A stretch of DNA of 63,456 nucleotides, filler included, from Reclinomonas americana ATCC 50394 (Eukaryota), in assembly GCA_048213135.1 (NCBI GenBank). It is 14 parts of 14 records of this genome, joined end to end, with 100 filler letters (N's around TTAATTAATTAA, not from the genome) between each part and the next. Parts side by side here need not be neighbours in the genome. Positions count along the whole stretch, not along the records: positions 1 to 3,981 come from AFZH01018983.1; positions 4,082 to 9,131 come from AFZH01018984.1; positions 9,232 to 12,170 come from AFZH01018985.1; positions 12,271 to 19,772 come from AFZH01018986.1; 10 more parts are not named here. The stretch is one strand, 5' to 3'. The position numbers and the translations under genes are program-made. Shown here one piece after another: positions 1-16,000 of the stretch (the stretch's first letter is position 1; each line of letters opens with the position of its first letter). Under the pieces are notes generated by a model. It was not told where the DNA came from and searched no databases. It saw only the letters and a list, made by a program, of their open reading frames with translations.

Positions 1-255
1 GACCACGGCTCCGGTTCTGCAGCCACGACTAAGGCAAACAAACACACCAGTAAGAGAGGCCAGCTAAGTACACACCTTCCGGTGCCTCAGCAGGCAACAA
101 CGGGCGCAGATAGCCGGGCTTCACGTGCGGCTTTGGCGGGTACTTTTCCGGGTGCACTTGCAGATCGCGGAAATACTCGTGCATAAAGTCAATCATGTGA
201 TGGCCCTCGCGACGGAACTCCTCCAGCGGCATGCCGTACTCATTCTCAAAGTCCT
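1..255 (-). CDS. Aromatic L-amino-acid decarboxylase family (group II PLP-dependent), 5' exons; gene runs off the left edge
   Basis: Exon ~76-255 gives MPLEEFRREGHHMIDFMHEYF...PHVKPGYLRPLLPAEAPE. GT-AG intron 17-75 then gives EPEPW. This is the typical DDC/TyrDC N-terminus. True start codon not resolved. Confidence 0.88.
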
Positions 256-673
256 CTGTGTGTGCATGCGTGTGAGCAAGTGTGTGCAATGAGAGAGAGT
301 GTGTGTGCGCGCTCACCTCGGAGCTCACTGGGAGACACCGAGGCAGCAGCCACGCGCTGTTGTTCCTCTGTGTGCAGACGATGCACAGTGACGAAGAAGT
401 CGCGCACAGAGTGCACCACCCACACCTACGCACACACAGTGAGTCAAGCAACTTGTGTGAGTGAAGAGAGTGAGAGAGAACGTGTGCGTAACTGCGACTG
501 GAGCCACCAACAAGGCAGCGCCCAGCAGAGCGCCTACAGTGGCCGAGGCGCTCACTGACACCACACGGAGGAACCAGCTGTGCTCTTCCTCTGGAGCAGC
601 ACCTCCACTCTCCGACATTGTCAGTCACACACACACTCTCTGTCCTCTGCTCTTTGTCACACACACACACACA

Positions 674-1637
674 ATGGCGTCGTCGTCGTCTTCGGGTGCC
701 TCGGGGTCGTCTGGACTGCAACTGGTCTCGTCCAGTGAGCAGAGCTTGGACGCGCAGGAGAATGCCTTGTTTGCGGAGATCAAAGCCGCACGAGCGCGGA
801 GAGAGTTGCGCACATGAGAGGACTTGCATGGAGAGCAAGCGTGCCTGATTGTGTGTGTGTGTGTAGGTTGCAGCCTGCGGCGGAGGTTGTTGACAAGTCG
901 CGGAGTGGGTTTGAGGTGGCCGAGGACACCACGTTGGATAGTGATCTGTATGAGGTGTGGCCGCGCGTGTTTCTCAGTGCGATTGGTGGTGCGGAGAATA
1001 GGGCGGCGTTGACGGAGAAGCACATTACGCATGGTGTGTGTGTCTGGTGGCAGATGCAGCAGCAGAGATCGCGATGTTCATGTGAGTGCGTGTACAGTGT
1101 TGGGTGTGGGGAATGGCATGGAGCGGGTGTTTCCGGAGGGCATCACCGGCGAGTTTGTTGGTTCGTTGTTGTCTGCTGCGCGGTTTGGTTTCTGTTTCCT
1201 CATCTTCTTTGTCGGCAGATCTGATCGATGCCAACTCATCGGCGGTCGATCTGCGACAGTTGCTGCCGCGTGCGGTGGCGTTCATGGTGCTGGCGCTGCG
1301 ATCGTCACCCGAGGCGAATGTGCTGGGTGAGTTTACGAGTGAGCGGACTCGAGCTCTGTATGCATTGCTGACGAGTGTGCTATACTACAGTGTACTCGTG
1401 GACCGGATGCAGTCGATCGGTGGCTGTCGTGTGTGCGTATCTCATCTGCGAGCAGGGCATGCCGTTTGCCGAGGCGCTGGATCACATTCGGAGTCTGCGA
1501 CCTGGTGCCGAGGTGAGACTGGCCACGCGATTCAAGTTACACACACCCACCGGCATTCATTGACTCCCTCCCTCCATCTGCAGCCCAACTTTGGCTTCTC
1601 GCGGGTGCTCGAAAACCTCAAGCCCGGCGAACTATGA
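674..1637 (+). CDS. Dual-specificity phosphatase-fold protein, predicted catalytically inactive (pseudophosphatase)
   Basis: Spliced product has EVWPRVFLSAIGGAENRAALTEKHITHVLGV, NVLVYSWTGCSRSVAVVCAYLI, EALDHIRSLRP and PNFGF, which are DUSP motifs; the HC of the HCX5R signature is replaced by YS. Confidence 0.85.
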
Positions 1638-1654
1638 TGACAAAAATGAACGTC

Positions 1655-3864
1655 TCACAGATAATCGGCCACGAAGCTGGCGAACTTGAGTTCGGCGTGC
1701 ACAAAGGCCTTCTCGTCTCGCAAGCCGTGTCGCTCTGTGGGGTACACTTGCAGGTCGAACGGTTTGAGGTGGCGGATCATGTGGCTCAGGAAGACCTGGC
1801 TGTTCCGGAAGTGCACGTTCTCGTCAATGAGGCCGTGCACCAGCAGCAGGCGGTGCTCCCTGTGTTTGTTGTTGTTGAGTCACGAGAGGTGAATGAGAGG
1901 GGGGGGGGGGGAGAGTGAGAGAGACGTCGCGCAACTCGTCGGGAAAGTTGGGAACGTAGGTCAGCACGTCGCCACGGCGGTAGGCGTCGGGGTGTGCCTG
2001 GGGACTATGCAGTGGATAGAGGTGAGGTGAGGAGGCGATGCCACGCCAATAGGAGGGATGAACGCAACGTTCCCATGTAGCGCTCCGTGTAGCCAGTGTC
2101 GTACAGCTCCCAGCGTGAGACCGGGGCGCCACTGATCGCCAACTGTGCAATGTGCGCGATGTGAGTAAGCGACGAGGAGAAGTGCATGAGTGAGGGAAGA
2201 AGCGAACTTTGAAGAAGTCAGAGTGCTGGCCGAGCGCCATGAGGCTCATGTAGCCGCCTGTGAGCGATGTACGTGAGACGAGAAGCACGCGAATACGGAG
2301 AGATTCCAGCATACCGTACGACCAGCCGTAGATGGCGACGCGCGACAAGTCAACAAGACCGCGCGATGCGAGTTCCTGTTTATGATTCAGACTTTGGAGG
2401 GGGGGGGGATTGGACTCACGGGGCGGCAGACTCACCCGCAAGCCGTCGATCTGATCGTGCAGCTCGAATGTGCCCATGGCGTGCTTCAGCGGTGCCTCAA
2501 AGCCGAGTCCTGAGCGATGAATCACGCAAAGGAAAACATGGAGAAGTGAGGGGCGAGGATGCGGAAAAGGGAGAGGAGCAGGAGCGCTAAAGAGCAGAGG
2601 TGCGGAAAAGCAAGAAGGAACGAAGTGGCAGACAGAATTGCAGAAGCTCAAGGCAGGACTGCAGTTTGCAAGGTCGACATCAAACACACGTGGGCAAAGA
2701 AGAAGTGCGACAAGGACAAGGAGGGCGCAACAAACGCAGATGGTCGACATCAAACAAACACACGTGGGCAAAGAAGAAGTGCGTCACGGACGCAAGGAGG
2801 AAAGGCTCACACGCGAGCGATGAATGAGAAAAACGATCAGAAAAAGAGAAAGAAAGAGACTACGAGCACAAGGAGACAGAGACATCGTATCACACTCACC
2901 ACGGCGGTAGGATCCGCGTCCGTCGATAATGACGCACACGTAGCCGACGGAGGAGTACAGTTGCATCTTCAGCATCACCGTCAGCGAGTAGAAGTTGCGC
3001 ACTATCTGCAGGGGGCGTGAGAGAACAGAGAAACTCGTGACTGCCGACCACAAAACACAAACCTGCACGTGCGGGCCAGCGTACACGTACAGCAGTGTCG
3101 GGTACGGCTTGGAAGGGTCGTGGTCTGGTGGCAGGTAGTAGGCGCCGTTGATCTTGGTGCCTGTGACGAGAGGTGAGAAGCATGCTTGTGTCGAGTCTCG
3201 GCACTCCACTTGTGGCGCGCACCATGGCGATTGGCAAACTCAAAAAGCTGTGGGGGACGCGGGCGCAAGTCGGTCTCCGACACGGCGGCCTGATCAAAGG
3301 CCAGAATGGGAACGATTTGCTGAATGTCGGCAGCAGAGCCGTCGCTGTGAGTGGAAAGCAAGTGAGCACACGGACATTGACGGAAAGTTACAAGGGCAGT
3401 AGCGACAGGAACCTGGCAATGTGATACACGGCAATGTGTGGCGTCTGCGTGATGCTGGACGAGACGCACGCAAAGTACGTGTTGTCGCTGTTGAATGTCA
3501 CCGACTCGTGGTACATGTGTGCACACGACAGCCTGTGTGCAGAGGGTAAGTACAGATTCACTGTCTACGTGATTGATAAACGCACCTTGTCACTGGTCCA
3601 GGTTTGTCGCCAGCGAGTGGCGCCACGTACACGTGCGATTCCAGCTCAGAGTCCTTGGTGCCCTCAAAGAACACGAGCTGCGCAGAGAGAAGGGGGTGAA
3701 CGACAAGGCAGCAGTCCATTCAGTGAGTACGCATGACGCACCCTCTTCGCGGTGTCGATAATGACCCGACTCGACGGCTCCACTTGCCAGCCGTCGCCGT
3801 CGGTCAGCAAGCGCTTGGCCGCCATCTGTTGTGCTGGTTCAGAACACATGTACACACACGCACC

Positions 3865-3941
<77 letters not shown>

Positions 3942-4183
3942 CTACACGCGCCGCACCGACCGACCCGACCCGTACCCGTCCNNNNNNNNNNNNNNNNNNN
4001 NNNNNNNNNNNNNNNNNNNNNNNNNTTAATTAATTAANNNNNNNNNNNNNNNNNNNNNNNNNNNNNNNNNNNNNNNNNNNNACCGACCGTACCGTACGTC
4101 CGTCCGCGTCCGCCGTCCGGTCGCGACGACGACGTCGTCGGTCCGCCGCTCTCGTTGTCGTCGTCGTCGTACGAACAACACTA

Positions 4184-4269
<86 letters not shown>

Positions 4270-6080
4270 GCGCGCACGCACCTCGCCGCCGCCCAACCGA
4301 ATGTCGAGCAGCTGTCGGAAACCAGTGTCGCCCTCGGTGGACATCACCAGATGCTGCACATGGCTCTCCGGCTCCGTGTACCACTCGTAAATGTCGGCAA
4401 TCTGCAGTGACACGATGGTATGAGCATGCTGCCAGCCACCTTGCGGAACAGATCCGTGCGCGCCGCAACATTGATCCACACGTCCGTGCTCTCCTCGTGC
4501 AACACCACGGCACAGTCGGCTTGAATGGCAAACGTGTGCACGACATCACGATCCGGGGACATGGCCACGGGGATGACATCCGTACGTGACGACTCCAGTG
4601 CCGCGAGAGGCATGTACACCACGGCGCCGTTCTGCTGCTCCCTGTCGAGCATGTGCAACCACACGCTGCGTGCACATTCAAACGAGGAGATAAGTGGCCT
4701 CCATCGTCGAGCAGCACACAACACCTAATAGCCAGCATACCCTTCTCCCGTGCCGTCGAAACCGAGACGCGGCACATACTCCATCCACTCGAAACACGCA
4801 TACAGCCCGTCGAGTGGCATCATGTGATTGTGCACCGACTGCACGCGGCTGAAATCGGCGGCCAGTGTGACGCGCGCCCACCCCATCGAGGTCTTGCAGT
4901 TCTTCTCGCCAGCACGCGGGTAGGTGAACGAGTCGCACTCTTGGAGGGAGACAGGAGCATGAGGGAGAAGCGACGAGGTGGCCGATCGGCAAGTCAACGC
5001 AACTCGGCGACTCATCACCCGCGGCAATCTCCACCTGCGGGACGCCATTATCGTCGACAATCGTGTACAGCACCTGAGCAGAGATCCACGAAGAGTGAAC
5101 AAACTGGCGCGCCTATCGATGAATGCACACTCTGTCGCCTTCGCCGCAACATCATACACATGCGCGCCGTCAGCTGCGGTGTCGATGCGTGGCGAGATCC
5201 ACAAACCCACATATCGATCAAACTCCTCCTGCGTGATGTAATCGGCCGTACCAGCATACGCACGAGCGCCATACTCCGCCACCACATGGGTGACTTGCAC
5301 AGTCGGCGACGGTGCCGCCGCACCGGCGTCCACAGCAAACACATGCAGCTCGCCTCCACGCGTAAACACACACAGACGACAATCGGCAGACAACTGCGGC
5401 TCCGACATGTCCTTTGGCAGCGGCAACAGCGCCGGTCCAGCCTCCTGCACCCTCAACGAATGAGCGAAAAGCTCAAAGACCATCATGACACCACATAAAG
5501 CGTGACCTTGTTTGCCATGTCCAACGAGTACAGCTCACTCCCGTTGCGCATAATGACCGCATTGGTGCTGCACAGTTGCAAGGTGAGACCCACTGTGCAG
5601 CAAGCAAGAGGGGAGTTACTTGCACACACCGTGACTTGTAGCTGAACTCGGTCACTCCCGTGGCCACCTGACGCTGCCGCTCACGTGCCAGCTCCTCCTC
5701 GCGTGTAAGCTGTCGCCTGGTGTCGCCTACCTGCGCCACCAGCAGCGAGGGTGCCTCTATACACACAACTGAATGAGCACACTGATTGATTATGAGACAA
5801 CTGCAACTCACCAATGTGCGAGTCAGCCGCGTCCAGCGAGTACAGCGAGCGAATGCCCAGTGCGGCGTTGTGATTGGTGAACAGAAGCATGCTGCGTGCA
5901 CGAGTGAGCATGAGTATGTGAGAGAGACAGAGTGACTGAGAGACAGAGAGCTCACCCGTCACCAGCAAACTTGAGTCCCGACGGCTTCTGTGCGGCCAGT
6001 GTGCGCAGGCTCATGCCCGACTGCACAAAGGCCTGTCGCTCAGCGCGTGTCATGTGCGACAGACGAGTGCGCTCGCTCAT
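1655..6080 (-). CDS. Dipeptidyl peptidase 8/9-like serine peptidase (S9B), multi-exon, spans gap 3982-4081
   Basis: [41 protein letters not shown], catalytic [37 protein letters not shown]. Probable ATG at 6080; no signal anchor seen, consistent with the cytosolic DPP8/9 type. Confidence 0.92.
3868..3939. repeat. (CA)n microsatellite, representative of many
   Basis: Similar (CA/TG)n at 4186-4266, 44166-44256 and 44570-44665; (GA)n at 30794-30892 and 54140-54252. Most abut contig ends. Confidence 0.95.
3982..4081. other. Assembly spacer N44-TTAATTAATTAA-N44 (first of 13)
   Basis: Identical 100-bp spacers start at 3982, 9132, 12171, 19773, 21511, 28229, 30909, 38016, 44360, 48862, 54387, 55993 and 61457. 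TTAATTAATTAA is a six-frame stop linker. Confidence 0.98.
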
Positions 6081-6272
6081 TGTTGTTGCTCAGTGATCGA
6101 TGCAAGTTCAGTTGACTGGGCACTCACAATCATAACAGTTGTGTGCCTGCTCAGCAGAGGTGCGCGTGCCTGTCTCCTCCTTGTGCCTCTCTCTGCTGCC
6201 TTCTCTTGCGCGTGAGAGTCTCACTGTGTGTTGCTTGCATCTCTTGTATGCATCTCTCTCTGACACACAGAG

Positions 6273-8708
<2,436 letters not shown>

Positions 8709-9399
8709 CGGTGACGAATAATGGCGCCACAACATAGACCTACTACAACAACACACCTGTTTTACTTTTTCCCGACGCCCTGCGCTCGACTAGTGACGAT
8801 AATGCTAGCCGAGACGACATTGTGTGTGCGTGATGAAGGGGGGTGATCGAGTAACACGATTATTTTTTGGTTTTATTTTCTCCATCACAACAAACAACAA
8901 CAACAACACTTCATAACCGAACCGCGTGGGTGACGCGGAGGAAATTCGAGGGCCTGCGCGGCAGCACAGAACAAACGTCTGCCGTCGCCGAACTCCATTG
9001 CCGAAAGCCGAGCGTTCCCTGCCCGCTGCCGGGTGGTGAAACCACGAAATACACCACACAACCGGACTCACAAAACGGGAGGGACGCGGCAACCGAAACG
9101 GCGATATGTAATGAGATAAAGAACGAAAGAGNNNNNNNNNNNNNNNNNNNNNNNNNNNNNNNNNNNNNNNNNNNNTTAATTAATTAANNNNNNNNNNNNN
9201 NNNNNNNNNNNNNNNNNNNNNNNNNNNNNNNCCCTCCTCCTCTCATCGTCCCGCCCGCTTGCCACCACACCGTCACCAACCAACAGCGCGCACGCGCTCA
9301 TGCAATGCAAGCACACCAGCACACACACCCACAGGTCTCAAAACGCACCGACACACAAAAGAAATGGACAAGGAGCGGAACACACACAATCAGCAGAGT

Positions 9400-9841
9400 C
9401 GTACAGGTACGAGTTCTGACTTGGAGAGTGTCTCCCAGTGCTCCCATGACACATCCAGTGTGCGGCCAGTGCGCGGGTCCGAGCGGAACAGCAGCGCTGC
9501 ACCGGGAACCTGACAGAGCCGAGCGAGTCGCGTCAGTTTATATGTCGTCTGCAAATCAACTCATGCAGTCTCTCCAAGGACACACCTTGACACCGAGCTT
9601 GAGGAGGTGCTCGTTTGGCTCACCCGCTGGCTCATGGAAGACGGCGAGACCCGGCGCCAACTCAAGTCCATCAGAGACGTGCTTGAGTGTGTGCAAAATC
9701 AGCGTGAATTCATCTGCGCGCACAAAACAGAGAGCGGGATGGGGGTGAGTCTCGGCGGTGTTTGAATGTGAGGATGTGTGTGGTCTTGGTCAAGAGAGGA
9801 GGAAGGGGAAAGCGGGAGTTACGAAATGGCTCGGCGGCCAT
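9400..9841 (-). CDS. Hypothetical protein, 5' exons (may continue across gap 9132-9231 into ~8930-9050)
   Basis: ATG ~9841 MAAEPF, then in-frame GT-AG spliced exons EFTLILHTLKHVSDGLELAPG... and VPGAALLFRSDPRTGRTLDVSWEHWE. No family recognised. Confidence 0.5.
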
Positions 9842-10599
9842 CAACACACAAACACAAAAAGTGTGACGAACGAATGCAGAAAAGGAGAGCAGAGTGAGAC
9901 GTGCTGCGGTGCATGCAACGCATGTGTGCATGCGCGCGCACAAAGCCGCGTCGTGGCGGTTGAGCATGACTGTGCATCATGTATTGAAAGGACGGAAAAA
10001 ACAAAACAAAACACACACACGCAAAACAAAACACACGCACGCACGCACACACGCGGAGAGAGCGAGGAAGACACAGGAGAAAGAGATGGCGGAAGGAGGA
10101 AGAAGAGAGCGCAAGAGAAGTGGACGGCAAAAACAAAAAGAGATGCGGGAAATGGCCCCGGTCAAAACACAAAAACAAAACATGACGGCGTGGTCAAAGA
10201 CAGCACGCACACGCACGCGCGCGGAACATGAACGCACACAAGCAAGCAAGTGAGAGAGCGAAGAGACGGAGCAGAAGAAGAGCAAGAGAGTGCCGAGTGT
10301 GTTTGTCAACGTGCGATTGGAACGGCTCACCCTCACTCTCACACAGTGAAATGCTGCTGCACAACTGCCGACACACACAAACCTTCACAAGCCCACCATT
10401 CCAGAGGCTCTGCCGCGCCCGGCGGAATATACAGGGCGCGACGCACAGGATTTGGAGACGCGGACGACATCGGAAGGAAAAAAAAGAAAGCGAGAGGAGG
10501 TCCGCGCAAGTCGACTGCTGCAAATGAGTTTTTGGCGTGAAAGTGCGGCGATTTCGCTGAGTTCAACTTTCAATCTTCCGCATCGCAACAACGACGATA

Positions 10600-10724
10600 A
10601 TGTTTGGCTTCTTCACTTCGTTGAAGGAAAAGGTGTGGCGGTTGTTGTGCTGAGTGATTCCAGCCTCAAATTGCTCACACACATTCACACACACACTCCC
10701 TTTCTCTGTCACTCTCTCTCTCTT

Positions 10725-10758
<34 letters not shown>

Positions 10759-12965
10759 GTCTCTCTCTCACACGTGCGCTCTCAGGGGGCGCAACTGCTG
10801 GAGACCTACAAGGAGGACTTGAATGATTTCGTGTCGCAGACTAAGGAGATGCTTGCTGGTGGTGCAGGTGGTGCAGGAGACGCGTCTGTGCCAGGGGATG
10901 GTGATGATGATAGTCGCGTGATTGTTGATGATAGTGGAGTGGCGATTGTGGTGCGGGAACACGTGGCGGAGCGGCGGCGTGGTGACTTTGATGATGATGA
11001 TGATGATGGTGTTGGGGAGGAGGATGAGGAGGAGGGGGAGAATGGCGAGGAGGGGAGGCGGAGGCGGTCGGTGGATCCGGGGTTGGCCAAGTTGCGGGAG
11101 ATGGGATAAGGGAGAAGGGAGGGAGGGAGAGGGAGAGGGAGAGGGAGAAGGGCTGTTTGTGTGTGAGAGAGAGAGAGAGATAGAGAGAGACTGAGAGTGA
11201 GAGAGTGAGTGAGTGAGTGTGGGAGGGAACGAGAGAGGGAGTGTGTGTGTGTGTGTGTGTGAAACATGAGTTGTCACGCGAACTGCATGTGCAGTTGGAG
11301 GCGATGAACTGCGAGTGCTTGGTGTGGCATTCCCTGTGCTGTGGTCTCGTCAGAGAGAGAGAGAGAGAGAGAGCGAGCGAGAAAGAGAAAGAGAGAAAGA
11401 CTGTGTGTGCATGTGCGTGTGTGGTTGAGCAAGGCGTGCGCTCTCCAAGATGATCATCCTCACACCTTCCTCTGCGTCGCGCCTTCGCACTCTCCTCGGT
11501 TTCTGTTGAGTCCATAGTGTTCGTGGGCCACGTGCCATCTCAGAGAGACTCCACCCTGTGAGAAAGATGATCATCCGCACTTTATCCTCTGCTTTGCGCC
11601 TTCTTAGTCAGTGTCAGAGAGCACACAGTTCGCAGGGCGTGCACTCTTTGCTCTTTTCATTGAAGCCACAGTGATTGTCGTGTGCTCTTCATTCTCTTTG
11701 CCGTGCTTCTTCTGTCAGAGAAAATAGCATCGACCATAAGCTTGTCGATGGCGCTCTCCACTATTTCCATTTATTGCTGTCTGCTCTTCACGTGCCACGC
11801 GTCTTCGCTCTTTCCGTTGAAGCCTGCGCGCTTGTTGTGAGCTCTTCATCCTCTGCGTCGCACGTCTCTATCAGCGTCGGATGGCAAGGGGCGTTGAACA
11901 ATGTGCACTCTTTGCATCGCTGTGAGGGAAGGAACCCTGCGATTGTCGTCAGATCAGAATTCAAGCGTTGCGCACGGGAGTTCATCTTCTCCCGCACCGA
12001 TGGTTCTTTGTGCAGCCTTCCCTTCCTCTTTCTCTCTCCCTTTTCCCCCCTCCCCCCTCCCTCACTCTCACCGACCACCTCCCGCGCCACAGGTTGTACG
12101 CTCTCCAGTGCGACGACATGACCTTCCTCAGCGACCCCCAGGAGCCCGAGTACGTCACCTTCATGGAGCGNNNNNNNNNNNNNNNNNNNNNNNNNNNNNN
12201 NNNNNNNNNNNNNNTTAATTAATTAANNNNNNNNNNNNNNNNNNNNNNNNNNNNNNNNNNNNNNNNNNNNTTTCTCGTTGGACGACTACAGGGAACGCGC
12301 CGACGACAGTCTCGCCGTGCACGCTCCTCTGCGCCGCGCATATCGCAAGGTCTGTGTCCCTCCGCGGGCACATGCAGTTTCCTTGTGCTCACGCTTTCTC
12401 TCCGTAGTTTGTGCGGCGTGAGGTGGTGGGCGAGTCCATCTTCTGGCAGCGCTACTTTTACCGGCTGAAGAAGTTTGAGCGTGAACTGGAGCTGGCACAG
12501 GAGCGGCGGCAGCGCACCATTAGCGACGAGTACCTGCAGGCGCTCTCGTGGGAGGACACGGATGGAGGTATCTGCTTGTATGTGTGTGTGTGTGTGTGCG
12601 TCTTGTCACCTGTGCTCATCTCCTTCGCCCCCTTAGATGTGGCGCTGTCACCGCACGAGCTGTTGCCGCCGCCGTTGCCCGTGGCGCCTGACGACGAAGA
12701 GGGTGAGAAAAGTGCCGCCGGCGCCGTCGATGGCGAGTGGGTGGATGAAGATGGCGAGACGGTGGCCGTCACTCGCCCGCACGCATCGCCCGCCGCATCA
12801 CCCACCGCTCCCGCACCTGCTCCCGCCGTTGTCGTGTCGGCGCCTGAGGTACCGCAGCCGTCGCCAACAGCGTCGTCACCGTCCTCTGCCATCGCCGCCG
12901 TTCCTCCTGCCGCCGTTGTCGCAAAGGTCGACGACGACGAGGAGGATCCGTTTGCGTGGTCATGA
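10600..12965 (+). CDS. BSD domain-containing protein (BSDC1/DOS2-like), spans gap 12171-12270
   Basis: MFGFFTSLKEK|GAQLLETYKEDLNDFV, RLYALQCDDMTFLSDP, BSD signature VVGESIFWQRYFYRL, acidic tail ending DDDEEDPFAWS. Confidence 0.85.
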
Positions 12966-13034
12966 AAGCATCATCATCATACGTACATGCACTACATTAT
13001 GGTGTTCCTTCGTCTCTCGCTCTCTTTCTCCACA

Positions 13035-16000
13035 TCATTCGACGTATCCGAGGCACATGACGGCGGTGCGGTAGTGGCCCGGCTCGTTCCACTTCTCGTC
13101 AATGGCCTGGCTGAGAGCGGCCACCGACGAGCGCGTGCTCAGCGTCTCGGCGCCGGGCACGCCCTTGCGGAAGACAATCATCCACATTTCCTCCTTGAGT
13201 GAGAAGGCGCATTGTGTGATGGCAAACGACTCCTCCCAGTACTCGTCGATCGTGTTGGCCACCTCGGCGTAGGTTTGGCGGAATTCGAAAGCCTCTGCCG
13301 ACGACTGATCGCCTGCGAGCGCAACAAGAGAAATCGTCAGCCCACTCTTTTTTCCAAGAAAATATCTGCCTTCACACCTTGCGCGGTGGCCACGAGCCAC
13401 TCTCCAGTCACCACCGAGCACGACAGTGCGGTGATGTAGTTGCGGTTGTCTTCCTTCCACTTGGTCGACACAAAGGCCTCGACTTCCGGCTGATTGTCGC
13501 ACACGTGGAACGACGGCTTGCAACCGGGCGCACGCTCCATGACCAGTGCCCATGAGCGCTGCGACACATGATGAGCTCCACACTCGCAGCTTCCGTGCCT
13601 CCCAATCTCTTACACACCTGGCCGTGTACTGCGAGAGCAATGGAATCGAAACCCGCATCCCACTGGCGGTGTATTGTGGCCACCAATTCAGTTTCCGGGC
13701 ACGTCACAAAACATCGTTGCACTCCAGGAGCCAGCGTCTGTTGCATAGACATAAGGGTGAACGGTTGGATGTGGTATGTGAGGCAAGAGGAAGATCGGCG
13801 ACACGCAACATTGCCTGTGCACAGCCACTCGTCGCGTTTCGGTTCATACACGAGTCCCGTCACTGTTTGATGAATGCACGAGCGTCAGGCATGAAAGCGT
13901 GAACAGTTGCTGCGGAAGTCGTACACACAAACCGTACAGTCCGTCACGTTGCCAGTCCTCAACACGCGCCGAGAGAGTCGTCAGATTTGCCTTGGTGGTG
14001 ACTGCACATGAACCTGTGCGTCATCGTGGTTAGCAAACGTGCCAAGCATGAGCTGAAAATGGGTGAACACGACGTGCCTGCCAGTCCGTGTCGCATCACC
14101 AGGAAGAATTTGCGGTGCAGTTGTCGCCGTGGCTGCATACGATACACATGTCAGAAAAAGTCCATCCCCCCACCTTCTCTCTCTACCTCGATTCACCTTG
14201 TCACGCTGGCGAGCAGCCAGTGGAGATGCAGGAGGCGAGGTGGACGACATGGCGGCGGCGACAGCCGCGGCCGACACGGGATCGACAATCTTGGTCGTCG
14301 TCCCGCCGCCGCCGCCACCACCAGCAGCACCCGCCGTAGCGCTCGAGGCGGCAGATGGCGCCGGCGGTTTTGCAAACATGCTTTCGCTTGCTTCATCAAT
14401 CGCTGGCGACGCCAGCACCACGTCGGCATGCGGTGTCTCACGTGCATAGGTCACCAATCGTGGTCGCTGTGCAGGAGGGAGCGGTGTTGGCGCGACTGCC
14501 GATGGACCAGCATCAGCTGCGGTGCTCTCTGTCGGTGCAGTCGCGGTAGCGGCCACGGTCGCGGTGGTGGTAGCGCCCTCGGGGGCGCCACCGGAAACAG
14601 CAGTAGCGGCAGACGCAGCAGCAGAAGGTGGTGATGCTACTGAGGCGCGCAACCGCTCGGGTTGTGGTGCGGGAGATTGTAGTTGTGCAGCCACCGGTGT
14701 GAATGCTGCAGCGCATGTGAGTCGACGACGCACGCACAACCACTCACTCATTGCCAAGAAAACACACGCAACGATCACCAGCCCCGCCAAATGAAAAGGC
14801 GTCGAGATCTGGCGGCACGACAGTGAGTCCCGACGAGCTGCCCTGACGACCGGAGGGCGACAAGGCGGCACCGAGGCTCGGTCGCGAGACGCCAGCCGGA
14901 GCCGACGCCAGACGGAGCATTGCTCGCAACGATTCCGGCGCGGAGGTGATGGTGCCGGCGCGTGGATGCACTTGTGGTGGCTTGTCCGATTGCGACTCCT
15001 TCAGCACCACATCGGCCGTGAGTGAGCTCGAGTTCCACGGCGTCTGCCGACCGCTGGTGGTCAACCGCACGTCGCGTCGGACCTGCGAGGCACAACGATT
15101 TCAGTAGGGGCGAGCGGATCACAGGGCAGAAGAGAGCGGCCAGAAAACCTTTTTGAAAATCGCCTCAATGTCGAGATCGGGTGTGGGCAGGTACTTGAGC
15201 ATGGCCTCCATGTATGGCGAGTGTTCGCCGGTCCCGTCGAAGGCCACCTTGCCGGGCGAGGTGGAGAAACCAATGATGAAACCGCACGCCGTGTCGGGCA
15301 CATCGATCTTGGCCAGACCGGAGCCGGCGGCACGCGGCATGTTCTTCAGCGGTCGCCCAAACGGGTTGTTGCGGCAGGCGTCGAGGAGCACGCAACATGG
15401 TCCGTTGGTGACGGTTTCAGCCAGGCAGTCCAGCAGCCATGAGAAGCTGACGCATGAGTGCACCATCTGCGGGGAAGGGAAGGGAGGGAAAAGGGGAAGG
15501 AGGTCAGCAAGGTGATCATTCATAAGGAATACTCACACGAAGGCACACGATCGACGGAGTGCGTCTCGAGAAGCCAAACAATGTGGGTACGAAAGAGTGT
15601 GACGGATGAGTGTGAGTAAAGACCAGACGATGCATGCCGAAGAGTGGCCAACATACTCACAGGCAGGGCGAGGTAGAGCACAAGAGAGCGTGGAGGAGTG
15701 TGCCGTGACGGATAGGTGCGATCAAAGACCAGACGATGCATGCCAAAGTGTGAGGCATGCATTTGTGAGCAAGTCAAAGACCTCACAGCCAGAGTGAGAA
15801 CGAACGGAGGAGAGTGCCGAGGAGTGTGGAGAAGACGAGTGGGTGCGAGTATCGCTGGACGAGTGAGGAAGGACGATGAAGAGTACAGCATGAGATGTGC
15901 AATCATTCAGGTTGAGCGAGGCGCCATGCACGATCACGATCAAGATCCACATACGCAACATCAGCCTGCAGCTCCAAGTGCCCCGTGCCCAGCGGCAACA

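Noticed and set aside
815..817. In-frame TGA after the first DUSP exon as possible selenocysteine or alternative genetic code
   Set aside because: It falls inside intron 805-866 (GTTGCG...TAG); TGA is used as a normal stop in many genes here.
1149..1218. Possible GC-AG intron in the DUSP-like gene
   Set aside because: A canonical same-phase donor G|GTTCGT at 1161 gives a better DUSP-like peptide.
4026..4037. Recurrent palindromic TTAATTAATTAA motif
   Set aside because: Always centred in N runs; artificial six-frame stop linker.
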